This document shows, piece after piece, positions 35,107-47,820 of a DNA stretch of 64,000 nt (position 1 is its first letter; each line of letters starts with the position of its first letter). The DNA is from Pseudogymnoascus verrucosus (lineage: Eukaryota). The stretch lies in the NCBI GenBank assembly GCA_001662655.1, contig KV460220.1, one strand, 5' to 3'. The notes below the pieces were generated by a model, which had not been told where the DNA came from, ran no database searches, and saw nothing but the letters and a program-made list of their open reading frames with translations. The position numbers were made by a program, and so were the translations under genes.

Positions 35107-37885
35107 TCACCTCTTCAGTTGGGCAATCAGTCGCTCTACTTCTGTGGCATCGCCTGGCCTACTCGCCTTTCCACGCAGGTCCTCCAATATCTTCAAGTCT
35201 TTCGTCTTAAACGCTTCTTCTGCTGCCTGCTTAATCATACCACACTTTGTCCACATCTCAATACGTTCTGCGCTAGTTATCCCCGTGCACTTTGGGATAA
35301 AAACAGATGCCAACTTCGGATTGCCAGCCGACAATAGAGAGTTGAAGAATGGTGTCCATCCAATTGGTGATTTTCGAGTGCTCGAGAGGGTCTCGATTTC
35401 CGACCATGCACGGGAAGCGATATGTGCACGCAGCCTTATCCACCAGAAAGTCTTCTCGCCCAGTTTAAATTCAGCTTGCACTTTCTTTGCGCGGCTGGAA
35501 TAACCGGATCGTAGCAGTCTAAACACGGTCTCGTTAACTGATAGCCCCGTATAAGTCTCTTCAAGATCGCGGTCGAATGCCTCCTGCATCTTCAAAAGGG
35601 TCTGTGCCTCTTGTATCGACTTGAGATCGAATACCGTGTCCTTGGAGTCACTCAGCAACTTGCCAGCCAGGGTAAGCTTATCAATAGCCCCTCGTGCGTC
35701 ACGCTGAGCGAGAGCATCGTGAACAAAGACGTGTGCGCCATCAGTCCGACGGTCATCTTGATAGTACAGGTCCTTTAGTAGTTCCATGTCGTCTCCTTTT
35801 GCAGAGCTCTCAATCAACGCCGTTGCTATTGGCCGAGAACTGATGACACGGAAGAAAGAAGCTAGTGGCAGCTTATTCTTAAGCTGGAGAAGGACAAAGA
35901 ATATCAGGTCCGAATCACCGCTTTCGATCGCCTTGTCGAGTGCGATTTCGTCTTCTTCCATGCTGAGAAGAAGAGGGACCTGTTTGCCAGCGCGTGGCTC
36001 GTAATTTAGTAATTCTGTGGCAAGACGGCCCCGGCCTTCATCATAGGCAGCGCGTGCGATCTCCTCAAACGAAATGCCGCGCTTGTTGGCCAGCTTCTCT
36101 ACAATGAGGCGGCAGATGGTAGCTTCGTCTTCGGAGGATACGCGGACTTTTTGGCTCGCCCAATGCACGTAGATACGGTCGGTGGGGAGACGAAGGTACG
36201 ACGATATACGTAACGCTAGAAGATACTCTCGGCGATTGATGAGTCGCTCAATAAGTTTCTCCGGCGTGAGGCGGAGGAACTGTTCATAGGATAATGGAAG
36301 CCCCACCGAGTAGAATCGTACAGCGTTAAGGACCCGGAGGATCTCGCACATTTCGACGAATTCATCGGAGTTGTAAATATCAACGACCGATTTTCCAAAC
36401 GATGCAGCCCGTAAAAGCTGCTTTTGCCAGTGAATGCTAAATTCATGCCCAGAAGCTTTAACCTGTAAAATGCGTTAGCCAACAACGGAATGGATGGCCA
36501 GTTCAGGCTCCTTACGCATGCATCGACAGCCTCTACAAGGTTGGGCTTAATGAGTTGTATATTGTCGTCTGCTTTTGGTGATTCGTTTTCTAATTGTTGG
36601 ACGGCGTCGAGTAAGATTGACGCGGGGGATACAGTTCCAAATCGGAAAACCTCGTCTGTAACTTCAGGTACTTTCTGGAGGAAGTCGCATACATCGTTTG
36701 TTATCAAACGAACACCATCGTGGTCTGGATATATTAGTTAGGCGTCGTCACAAAATTCGGAGTATGGGATTATAAATACCGGCTATTGCGTGAACACGGC
36801 CGTCGTAAAAAAACTTTGCAGCTGAGCCGTTTGGCCCTATTAGATGGACTTCATCTTCCCAAGCAATAACCACAGCATCATTTCCACACCACAGAAGATC
36901 CACTGGGAGTGTCTTTGCCTTCGAGTCATGCTCACTCAATCGGTTTTGGAAATCGCTGGTGATAACGTATGCCTTACCGCTTTCTGTGTATAAGGCTGCA
37001 AACTTTCCGTTTGGTGATACGCTTATATGGATAAATGGACCAATATCAAGCATTCGATCTTCAGATTCAGTGGCATCCACCACATATATCGTTTCGCCTA
37101 TAGCCAGTAAAACTTCTACTGAGCGAGATAGCGTATATGCCGGTGGTACCAGGGTCCAAGAGTGGACGACCCCGTCCGGTGGTACGGCCAAGAGTTTCGG
37201 CCGTGGCTCCTCATAACGAGAGACGGAAATTAGATGATTGTTTGATAGAAGAGCCACGAACCCGGTGGAGTAGAAACTTCTTGAGCTTTAGCCTTCGTCA
37301 ACGCCACCTAATCGACACACTTACCGGCAAGCAACTACACCAAATTCTTCCGCCCCGTGACCCAACGAGAACTGAGAGAAGTCGCCTTGCAGGTTGTAGT
37401 AACAGCGAACTGTTCCATCCTGGGTAACTACTAATAGTTTCTCATCCTCCGACCACCCGAGGCCTTTGATTGAGCCTTTGTCCCAGTTGATGCGCCTAAT
37501 GAGCTTTCCGGAACAACTATACACATCAATGCTTGATTTGGAACCTTGACTACCACGGAAAGTATGTAATTTTGTCTCATCACGGTATAGAGCTGTGATA
37601 ATTGTTAGTGTATGGTGAAAGACGCGCGGCTGTCCAAACTGCAGGCGAGCAGCCCAAGGACGCTGAAGTGGTCTTGACAATAAAGGGCCAAATAGAACCA
37701 GCCGTATGGAGGCAAATGCCCTAAAACTGAGCAGTTGAAAATAACATACCTATAGCTCCGCCATAGGGGGCTCCTGTCACAATGTGATTCTCAAGCTCAA
37801 GGTCCTGGTCGAACACTTCCGTGTAGAGTTGGACCTTCCGATAGTACCTTTCCCCCAACTTTTCCCAATCTGCAGTGGGATTCAT
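35107..37885 (-). CDS. vps16: Vacuolar protein sorting protein Vps16 (HOPS/CORVET)
   Basis: MNPTADWEKVGERYYRK start, GAPYGGAIA, WCGNDAV, LRVLNAVR, IYVHWAS and ALDKAIESGDSDL; multi-exon. Confidence 0.92.
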
Positions 37886-38419
37886 CCTTGCAACATCAGC
37901 CTCATTCTGTACATTAACAAATCAATGATTGTATATAGTCGATGTAGCATCCAATCGCCCCGGATGTCTACGCATGTGTAAGGAAGGATGATGAATTCAC
38001 GTGCCGTGTGAGTGGTACCTGGTTGTCTTTGCCCAGGCGCTTATTCCAGGATCCACCCTTTTTCCGCGCGGCTGTGCGGCCGCTCACCACCGATGCCAAC
38101 CACGATGGTGGCGCAACGCGAATTCCACCGCTGGAACTCGTCATCAGAAACGCGTATATGCAAATCCTTGATATTCCAAGGCCCTACTTCATAGTCGATA
38201 TCTCCAATACAGGCAGTTTTCACCAAAAGTCTGAACCTCAGCAGCACGCAACATAGAAACCACTCGGACACTGGAGCCTCATTGTTTCAGTCATCACGAA
38301 GGGTCCAAGTGAAATCGCTCAGTCTTGCCTACATACCAACTGTGGCCGCAGGTTTGCTGCAACCCAGACAAGGTGCAATATGCGCCGAGGTCTTTTAGAT
38401 TAATGAAGTTGGATTGGAA

Positions 38420-41400
38420 ATGAGCACGGGTGCAATCCTGGGCCGTTCATCAAACAGGCCGTTGTCTATGTATGGCGCCGGGCAAACTCCTCAAGGGGGA
38501 GGGTCGGATGCGAATGGCCACGGCACAGCTGGCGACAATGGAAAGAAGTTACCTGCGCGAGTGTTCCAACATATCGATGACCTTCTAAAGGCGAAGCCCG
38601 AAGTCAATGTACACGCCCCAATACGACGACTTGTCCTCGATGCCGAATCATACTCTAAACAAGCCGATACTCACATCGACTTTCGCCGACCAGATCTGGC
38701 CTTGCAGGACTACATAAAGGCCTCGATTATTGCCATCGACATTATACCGAGGCACAAAGAATATCCCGATTTGAAGGCAGACCGTGGCGAGCTCCATCGT
38801 CTCTATAGTGCACTGCAGAAAAGGATATATTCCCAGTATACCCGCTTCGAAGAGGTCAAGGTGGTAATTAAAAAAAACAATGCCGAAAGTGGTATTCGAC
38901 CTGGGTCCGTGAATGTAGTTTCAAATGGGATCGCTCGTGAAGATGCGCATTCACGGGAGCCTCCCGTTGTTCCCAAAAATGACGCCCAAGCCGTGAAACG
39001 CCCATCCGGCGGAGACAATAAGAGCCCTGCGCGTACAAAACCCGCGGTTCATCCCAAACCAAATGCCTTGCTCGGAAAGGCAATCGGCAATCACCAACGG
39101 TCGCAAAGCGAGCAAATCAAGCGAGCCCCGAATCTTCATAACGAAGACCTCGAGAGCCGCTTTGCTAGATTGCGCGCGGTTGATACGCAGAGCCAAGATC
39201 AACGATCAAAGGCATACCCAACACGACCGTTTGTGAAGACAGGCGCAGAGGGCTTTGATGGGCGGTCAGCAGTACAGTCAAGCAAGTCTCTGGACAGACC
39301 GTCTGGACCTCGCGATATGCCGAAGGCTTCGTCGGGGCCACCCCGACCTTCAAAGTTGGCTATGGATGTTCTGATTCCCGATATGCCTAGACCGCCGGAT
39401 GCTATCTACAGCCCTGACCGTACGAGTCTCGATGCACGAAGTTTTCCACCCCCCAGGATTGCCCCAAGGCCAAGCTTGAGTGAACCACGCAAGCCTGCCA
39501 CTGCACCAACAACGAGCCTTTCAACCCGCACAACCCCTAGTGTGTCCACTGATACGCTTCCTAATGGTCAGAAATCATCCTCCCCAAGGCCGCCTTTGGA
39601 CCGTAAATTGTTTAATTCGACCACTGTGGTAGCGGATGATCTTGTCAATTATATGAAGCAATGTCGAATACTATTTGTCGACATTCGCTCACGTTCAGCA
39701 TTCGACAGCGGCCATATCATGTCACAGTCTATTCTGTGCATTGAACCTATCGCTTTGGTAGAGGATATGTCGGCAAGCCAATTGGAAGAAAGGCTCGTTG
39801 TTTCGCCTGACAATGAAGCAGATTTGTTTCGAAAGCGTCAGGACTATGACTTCGTTGTATATTATGACCAGTCATCGTCTTCAAACCTCTACGCTGACGA
39901 AACGAGCAATGTGGAAGAGATCCCATTACGAGACTTCAGCAAAGCTATTTTCGAATATGATTACAATAAAAAGTTAAAATGTCCACCTAAGCTATTGGTG
40001 GGTGGGTTAGATTCATGGGTGCAATTAATGGGACCTGGCGCTTTGGCTACTTCGGACACTTTACAAGCTGTCACACCTCCAATTCCTCACCATGATTCAC
40101 CTATGCGGGCTACATCAACTTCTTTAAGTTTAGAAAAGCAGTATCAATCAAGGCCACTTACACAAGATGAAGAATCGAAGTGGCAGAAAAAACTCATGGA
40201 ACCGTCAGATGACTTTGCCGGTCGTTTCCCAGATATCGATACCTTCGAAAATACGGCCAGAGCTTCCCAAAACAAAAGTATTGTCGAAAACAGCATGACT
40301 GACTATTCATATGTTGATGCGCATGAGGCTGAGCTTAATTCTTTGGAATTCAGGGAACCAGCACGTCCTGCCCTCGCCTTGTCCAAACGAAGCTATCATG
40401 GTGTCTCGGAGAGTGTCTCATCTTCTGTTTCCGCTCCCCAAAAATCCAGTTGGGGATTGTCTGAGGTTGATTCTATCTCTCCTTCAGTTTCAGCAAGCGG
40501 CAGAACTGGCCTTGATAATTTCGGTAACACTTGTTACATGAATTCTATCTTGCAAGCCTTCAGTGCGACTCCATGGTTTGTAACATATCTTCTAGACGGC
40601 TCGATAGACAAGGCTGGGGCACCTCCTCGGAAAAAGGGGGAAGTAAGTGACCCACCACAGTTGATGGTCAGAAACCTTGCCTTCTTGATACGACATCTCT
40701 GGAGCGGTCAATATAACTTTGTAAAACCTCAGACACTCAGGGTACGTTTGTCCTTTACATTCTCGTTCTCTGTTTAATTCTAACCTTCGATAGAATTATA
40801 TATATAGAATTTGCAACCGTGGGCATTCGAATTCCAGGGTTCTTTTCGGCGGCCCGAACCAACAAGATGCCCAAGAGTTTCTTGACTTCCTTCTAAATAT
40901 AATTGAAGATGAAACGAATCCTGGACGAGATAGGCCCGAACCTGCGGCCTTAACAACGGCTCAGGAGCAGCAAATAAGAAACGAAGGCCATGCAGCAGAA
41001 ATTAAGTTTCATCGGCTAAGATATGCGGCTGCACACCAATCGCCGATCACTGACAAACTCCTCCTTTGCACGATGAAGATTTTCAAATGCCAAGAATGTG
41101 GCTGGAAGACAACTAACCACAGTGACAACTCTCCATACCTGAACGTCAGCATCCCAGACGGACGAGAGTCGAAATTGTCAGATTTGCTGAGCCGAAGGTT
41201 TAGCAAGGAAGGGAAAGTGAAGGAGGTTTATGATGATGTGAAATGCGACAAATGTTTCGCCATTCATGGCCGCAAGACACGAAGGTCGGTGACGGAAGTG
41301 ATTACTAGGCTTCCGGATACCCTTATTCTCGTTCTTGTCCGCCATACGGCGGATATTCGGAGGAACAATGCGCTTGTCACGTTCCCTCTGGATGACCTGG

Positions 41401-41660
41401 ATATGGACGACTACTATTACGACGTCCCAGATGCCGGCAGAGACAGGCTTGGCAAGAGATCTGCCACACATTACCGTTGTTATGCCGTGGTGCAACATTT
41501 GGGTGACAATTTGCACTCTGGTCATTATATTACTTTGGTCAGAGATCGAGAGCGCACGAGCCAATGGTGGGAATTCAGCGATCGAAGAATTCGTACTATT
41601 GATGCCGCATTAACCCAAACCAGTAATTCATATATCATGTTTTACCAGCGCGTCGAATAG
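38420..41660 (+). CDS. doa4: Ubiquitin C-terminal hydrolase Doa4/Ubp4 (USP8-like; rhodanese + USP)
   Basis: Rhodanese VDIRSRSAFDSGHI; Cys box GLDNFGNTCYMNSILQ; QQDAQEF; His box HLGDNLHSGHY; one intron near 40742-40793. Confidence 0.85.
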
Positions 41661-42057
41661 TCGAAGCCCTTATTAGAGGAGGGCTTGTGTGTAGACGAGG
41701 ATTATTGAATATTAGGGTTCATTTTGCATGCATTTATATAGCCGGGCGGAAACCAGCGATAGCATATGACGAGAGCAGGCGTTGATTGACAGTTAATGAG
41801 ATACCAATGCAATGATTAAAACAGAACTATAATTAAATTAGAGGCTATTATGTACTATTATAATTCACTGTTCGGAGTTTATAATATATTTGGTTTGTGA
41901 ATAGGATGAGAATGCAATTATGATGCAAATTAATGTTTCCTGGATATTACGTTTAATCGCGGTAAAAATTAATTACCTCCGCTCTCACTGTTTTTATTGT
42001 TTACTACCACATATCCTCGGCCACTATCACCAACCACATTTTAGTATCTCTCCAACG

Positions 42058-42696
42058 ATGCCAGGAAAGGCCAGTACCTCCAGCAGCACCCCCAAAAACT
42101 GGCCCCCTCACATCCCCTACCTCAAAACACCAGCCTATTCCCGCACCCTTAGCCCCATCCAACTCAAAGCCCTCCGCACACGAACGTCAACAGCTCAAGA
42201 CACACCTCAAACCGTTCCAGGACCATCTCCTCTCGTGCGCATTACACCAATATCCAATCCATCACATCCCGCAAATGGACAGAGCGGGTTGTTTGCAGCG
42301 AAAGATCTTCCCCCAGGCTCCTTCATCCTGCCCTATATTGGGGAAGTTCACGGCCAGGGAGCGGCGCACGAGGCGAGCGACTATGACCTGAGTCTTGATC
42401 GAGATACCGAACTGGCAGTGGACGCGGCGCGAAGTGGGAATGAGGCCAGGTTTGTGAATGACTACCGTGGGGTGCCGGGTGTAGTAAAGCCCAATGCGGA
42501 GTTTCGAGAAGGGTGGGGCGGGAAGGAGCGAGCGATGGGGGTTTGGGTATTACCGGCTGGGAAAGCGGGCAAAGGGAAGGGGATTAAGAAGGGAGAGGAA
42601 ATTTTGGTGAGCTATGGGAGAGGATTTTGGGGCGCGAGGAAGGAGGTTGATGAAGGAGATGGTGGAGGCGACCAGGTGGCTGGGCAGGTGGATTGA
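42058..42696 (+). CDS. Small SET-domain protein (putative lysine methyltransferase)
   Basis: GQSGLFA, YIGEV, GNEARFVNDYRG and IKKGEEILVSYGRGFW SET motifs. Confidence 0.85.
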   Translation: MPGKASTSSSTPKNWPPHIPYLKTPAYSRTLSPIQLKALRTRTSTAQDTPQTVPGPSPLVRITPISNPSHPANGQSGLFAAKDLPPGSFILPYIGEVHGQGAAHEASDYDLSLDRDTELAVDAARSGNEARFVNDYRGVPGVVKPNAEFREGWGGKERAMGVWVLPAGKAGKGKGIKKGEEILVSYGRGFWGARKEVDEGDGGGDQVAGQVD

Positions 42697-43189
42697 CGCT
42701 CATGATCGAGATATAATCCACCCAAACGATCATGTCGTTGCTTGATTTGAACAAAGTGGGCGTCCATGGAGCTGCATTCTAAGCAAAGCATTGATATCGG
42801 TTCTTGCTAGGGCAAACCCACCAGGTGTTGCCGTTCTCAGAACCCTCCCTCAACGAGTTCACGGTCTGCTATCACAAACAGGTCCCACAGGAGTTACTGT
42901 TTCCGGAGTAGATTCGATCAAACTGGATTACAAATCCGGATCACCAGTATGTCCCAGCCCTACGGCATAGCAACTGAAGGGCGACTCAGCCGTCAGCAAC
43001 GCCTGGGACAAAGTGAAAGGACCAGGGCAATAGAATGAGGAGAGAAATGCAAAAGGAACTGGGAGACTGGGAGAATATTATTTGTCAATCGAGGAATTGT
43101 CTTTGCATGAAATTGATTCAAGCCTGCGCCTTTCGAAGGCACTAATGCTTTTACAAAACTGATGGAATATCGTGTGCGACCATGTTAAT

Positions 43190-45545
43190 CTAGTCCATGC
43201 CCTCCACGCTTCCTAGCCATTGCCCGCCACCCTTGAGTAATGCATTCACATCCACGCCCGTCAAATACCTCTCACTGACCCCGACATTAACCCTCTGTGA
43301 CAGCAGCGACGACAGTTCTGCCTTCGCTCTTCCCATCTCATCCTTAGTCATTCCTCTCGCTTCCTTCTCTTTCCTTGCCCGCCCTCCAACCTTGCCCTTC
43401 CTCTCAAAATCTTCACTATCGTAGTCCACACCCAATTCCTCTGCCGCCTTGCGAGCCCATTCATCTCCTCTTTCTCCCTTAGACTTCGCAATTCCTGCGT
43501 CTGCAATTTTCTTTGCGAGCACCACACGTGGCCGTAACAGGGCCGCGACGCGCCTGTCAATGTCAAGTGTGCGGATTACACCAACCTTCCCTGCGAGGCG
43601 GCGTAACGACTGCGCCTCCTCGGGTGCGCAAAGCATAATACTCGTTCCCTGTGCTCCAGCACGCGCTGTGCGACCAGAACGATGGACGTACATGTCCGCA
43701 GCACGGGGTAGATGGTAGTGGATGACCAATTCGACGGCTGGAAGATCGAGTCCGCGTGCGGCGACATCGGTGGCGACAAGGAGAGAGGAAAATCGCTCAA
43801 TAGACCGGAGACGAGCCTTCTGGGGCATGTTTGAATGTAAGGTGACGGGGGAATAGTTGAGGTTGGCTAGGAGCGGGGTGAGGCGTTGGGCGGTGTGGAT
43901 GGAGTTTGTGAAGATGATGGTTTTGAGGTTGGGGTGGTGAAGGAGGAGAGTATAGAGGTATAGGTCCTGAAATGTAGAGTCAGTATGGTAAATTTTTGGG
44001 TATATGATGCTAGGCAGTAATGAGGCTTGAGGATTGATACATACCTTTTCGGTGGCACCACATTCAATAACGCCCTCCTTGAGGCCCTCTGCCATGGCTG
44101 ACGTAGCCACGTCGATAAATTTCGGCTCTCCCTTGAATTTCAGCTTCTTCATCAGGTACTCCATCCCGTTATCCCCAAGCCTGCCCTTTCCTGATAGCTT
44201 TTGTTGCAGTCCTTTCTCCAGTGTTGCGGAAAAGACGAGGGTTTGCCTTGTAATGACATGCTCTTCTTCATCGTCCGCGTCGTGGCGGTCCAACTTCGAG
44301 ATAATCTCTTCAGCCTCTTTGAAATGTCCCTCCGTTAACAATCTATCTGCCTCATCGACAACGAGGAATTTCAATGTTTTAAGAGATTTGGAGAGCTCAA
44401 TGCCTGAGCTCAAGACTTCCCACAACCGACCGGGCGTGCCGATGATGATGTCGGCCCTTGCCAGCTGTCTTTGCTGTTTCTGAATGGCCAATCCTCCGGT
44501 TACTGTGGCTATGAACGGCGCATCGGACAATCCTTTACAAAGCTTCGTAAGATGATCGGTCAACTGATGTGCCAGTTCCCTAGTTGGCGACAGGATCAAA
44601 GCCGTTGCACTTTTCTGAGTCTTCTTTTCTGTTACCGTTTCATCCTCCCGGCCTTCATTATCCTGGAGCCATCTCTCGATAATTGGAATACCAAAGGCCA
44701 ACGTCTTACCAGAACCCGTAGAGGCCTTCCCGATAACATCGTTCCCAGCTAGTACCTCCGGAATAGCCTCCTGTTGGATCGGCGTTGGTGTCGTGAAACC
44801 AATCTTTGCCAGGGCCGAAAGCATCGCCGGAGAAAGGTTCAGCTCTGCCCATTCAGTCATATCTTCATCTTCGGCTTCGTCTTGAAGAGCTGCGAACACG
44901 TTGGGTGCTGATTGTTGTTTCTCTGGTAGCTTCTTGTCCTTCGATTTCGCCATAGAATCCTTGGCTTTCGCTGCTAATTTTGCGGCCTTCTCTTTCTTGG
45001 ACTCTTTCTTGGACTTTGCAACATTGGTATCATCCGTTTTTGGGGTTTCCGGCTTGGCTTGTTGTTTGCTGTCCGTCTTCGCTGATTTCGGCGTATTCGA
45101 ATCGGCCCTTGCTCCCTTCGCCTTGGCCTTTGCATCCTTTGGTTTTGTCTTTACGGCATCATCCGCGGGCGCATCTGCCATATCATCATCAAATCCTTCA
45201 AACTCGGTCTCGTCAATTGGGGTTTTTGTAACCTAAAATGTTAGCTTAACCATATAACGGCTTGGGTAGTCTCTAAAGGCTCACAAATTTGACTTGATTT
45301 CCGTCTCTGATAACCTCAACATTGTCCACCTCATCCAGTCCAAAGAAACCCTCGGCATCCTCGAACATATCGGGCATTTCAACTTCGTTCCATGGCAAAG
45401 CATCCAATGCGACAGGTACCTTCCTCACATCTGAACCAGCTCCTGCGGGCGCATAAGAGCTTGAAGTTTCAACCTTTTGCCGCTTCTTCGACCTCTGACT
45501 TGTAGTCGGCACAGGCCTGTCTCTCTTTGGCTTTTGAGGAGCCAT
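43190..45545 (-). CDS. mak5: ATP-dependent DEAD-box RNA helicase Mak5
   Basis: PTPIQ, ASTGSGKTLAF, SPTRELA, VDEADRLL, FSAT and YVHRSGRTAR; N-terminal LPW...FFGLDEV exon typical of Mak5. Confidence 0.88.
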
Positions 45546-45757
45546 ATTTAGAGAGTTGTAGTGCGATAATATCGCTGGCGGTCAATGTCCCTCAAGGTAA
45601 AGATAATTTTTGGCGGCGATAAGCATTTTCCGGAGGTTTTCACAAATCGCGGGGATATAATTCGCCGAGTATCTCAGCCTCGCAAGATTCTGACAAGGCT
45701 CTCTCACCCCACGTACGAGGAGCCCACTCACCACTCCAGACACAATATTTCTCAACC

Positions 45758-46926
45758 ATGGGGAAATCTTCTAAAGACAAACGCGACGCCTATTACCGGC
45801 TAGCAAAAGAGCAAGGCTGGAGAGCAAGGAGTGCATTTAAGCTGCTCCAGCTGGACGAAGGTATACCATTCCTCACACACAAATTGAACGTCATCTAACC
45901 AGGTATCTAGAATTCGACCTATTCCAAGATGTCACCCGAGTTGTCGACTTGTGCGCCGCTCCTGGAAGTTGGAGTCAAGTATTGTCTCGAGTATTAATTA
46001 AAGGAGAGAAGTTTGGGCGGTCAGCATGGGAGGACAAACAAGAAACGGCTCGCCAGACATCTCTACAACAATCAAAATCCGAGTCGATTCCGCTCGATTC
46101 AAGTACGGACTCAGCGAAGGCAGTGGTACAAGAGCCAACAGAGCCAACAAAAGCAGATTCGGCCCCGCAGCCGCCTAAAGATATCAAAATTGTCGCAATC
46201 GACCTCCAACCCATGGCCGCCCTCCAAGGCATTATTACCTTACGTGCCGACATCACTCACCCCGCCACGGTCCCGCTCTTACTCGAAAATCTTGGATCTG
46301 CTAAGGCCGATCTTGTACTGAGCGATGGAGCGCCGGATGTTACAGGTCTCCACGATCTTGACATATACGTCCAATCGCAACTCCTTTTTGCAGCATTGAA
46401 TCTTGCTCTGTGTGTTCTTCGCCCGGGAGGTAAATTCGTGGCCAAGATTTTTAGAGGACGGGATGTTGATTTGCTGTATGCACAACTAAAACTATTCTTT
46501 GAGACAGTCGTTGTTGCAAAGCCAAGGTCAAGCAGAGCAAGTAGTGTTGAGGCCTTTGTTGTGTGTTTGAACTTTCAACCTCCAGAAGGGTATCATGCGA
46601 GTTTGTCGGAACCTCTGAATGTTGAACAGCTCGAAACAATGGTTAACGCAAAGAGTAGCACAAAGGAAACTCTTATAAATTCCAGCAGTTCCACTGAAAC
46701 ACGGGCGGATGGTGTCGTCGAAGTTGAAACCAACAGCGACCCTGATCGGTGGATAGCACCCTTCCTGGCATGTGGAGATCTATCATCCTTCGACGCTGAT
46801 GCAACATATCATCTGCCAAAAGATCGAGTAACGCTCGACCCAGTTCAGCCACCGACAGCACCACCTTATAAACGAGCGTTGGAGAGGAGAAAGGAAGCTG
46901 GTGGAGCGTATGGGAAAACTACTTGA
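45758..46926 (+). CDS. trm7: tRNA (cytidine32/guanosine34-2'-O)-methyltransferase Trm7
   Basis: [29 protein letters not shown]|, [24 protein letters not shown] and [13 protein letters not shown]. Confidence 0.95.
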
Positions 46927-46948
46927 AAGATCTAATACAAAACAACAT

Positions 46949-47503
46949 TCAAACCGGCATCGCAGAGCCCCTTCCCTGCTTGTTTAAGATTGCAAAACCA
47001 TTCTCGCCCTGCTTGAATTGAGACATTCCCATCTTTGCATAAAACGCCTCTCCCTCTTTCAGGTTTGCCATCAGCATCACTCGTCTCAGATGCGGCCAAG
47101 AAGCGAACTCCTCGTTGACACATTCCACCAGCCACGATCCTAGACCCTTCCCCTGATGTTCCTCAAGAACATATACATCTGTCAGGTATGCAAATGTGAC
47201 CTCGTCTGTAATTACACGAGCAAAACCAATCTGAGGAGGATCGCTGCGACCTGACGAACAATCAGCTAGTGTTACATTACTCAGTCTAAAGAACTTACCA
47301 GCAAGTTCTGAGGATGATTCTGGTAGTGCATAAACTCCAAAACAAAGAGACTTGCTTAACATCTTCTTCAAATATTCAGGCTCCATGCCCCTGGCCCAAT
47401 ATATAGCATCAGATTCGAACGCTGCATTGACAGCCTCAGGTTGGATAAGCTCCGGCGAAGTGGAAATCATATAGTTCTCCCGGTACCAGGTTCCTTTAGC
47501 CAT
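46949..47503 (-). CDS. GNAT family N-acetyltransferase
   Basis: QIGFARVITDEVTFAYLTDVYVLEEHQGKGLG motif A; probable short in-frame intron. Confidence 0.85.
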   Translation of the reverse strand: MAKGTWYRENYMISTSPELIQPEAVNAAFESDAIYWARGMEPEYLKKMLSKSLCFGVYALPESSSELAGKFFRLSNVTLADCSSGRSDPPQIGFARVITDEVTFAYLTDVYVLEEHQGKGLGSWLVECVNEEFASWPHLRRVMLMANLKEGEAFYAKMGMSQFKQGENGFAILNKQGRGSAMPV

Positions 47504-47820
47504 GATTCTTTCTTTGTAACAGATCGATCTTCTGCAAACTTTGCTTATTTTATTCTTTTTTAGGAATTAACGATTTACTTTCTGTAACTTCCCGTCGAAC
47601 CGTCGCACCACGTTTAAGTTGGAGCCATTCTCACCGCCGGCTCTACCCCGCCAACCCCTCTGTATTCTGCCCCACTTCACCGCTCGACCCGCGCTATATT
47701 ATCCACCACCACAATTTTTTTTCTACTGAAATAAACAATCCCCCCCACCTTCGACTTTATTTCTTGTTCTCAGTTTGGTCTGATCTATTTTGGAGGGTTT
47801 TAGACCAAAGAAAGATCAAG

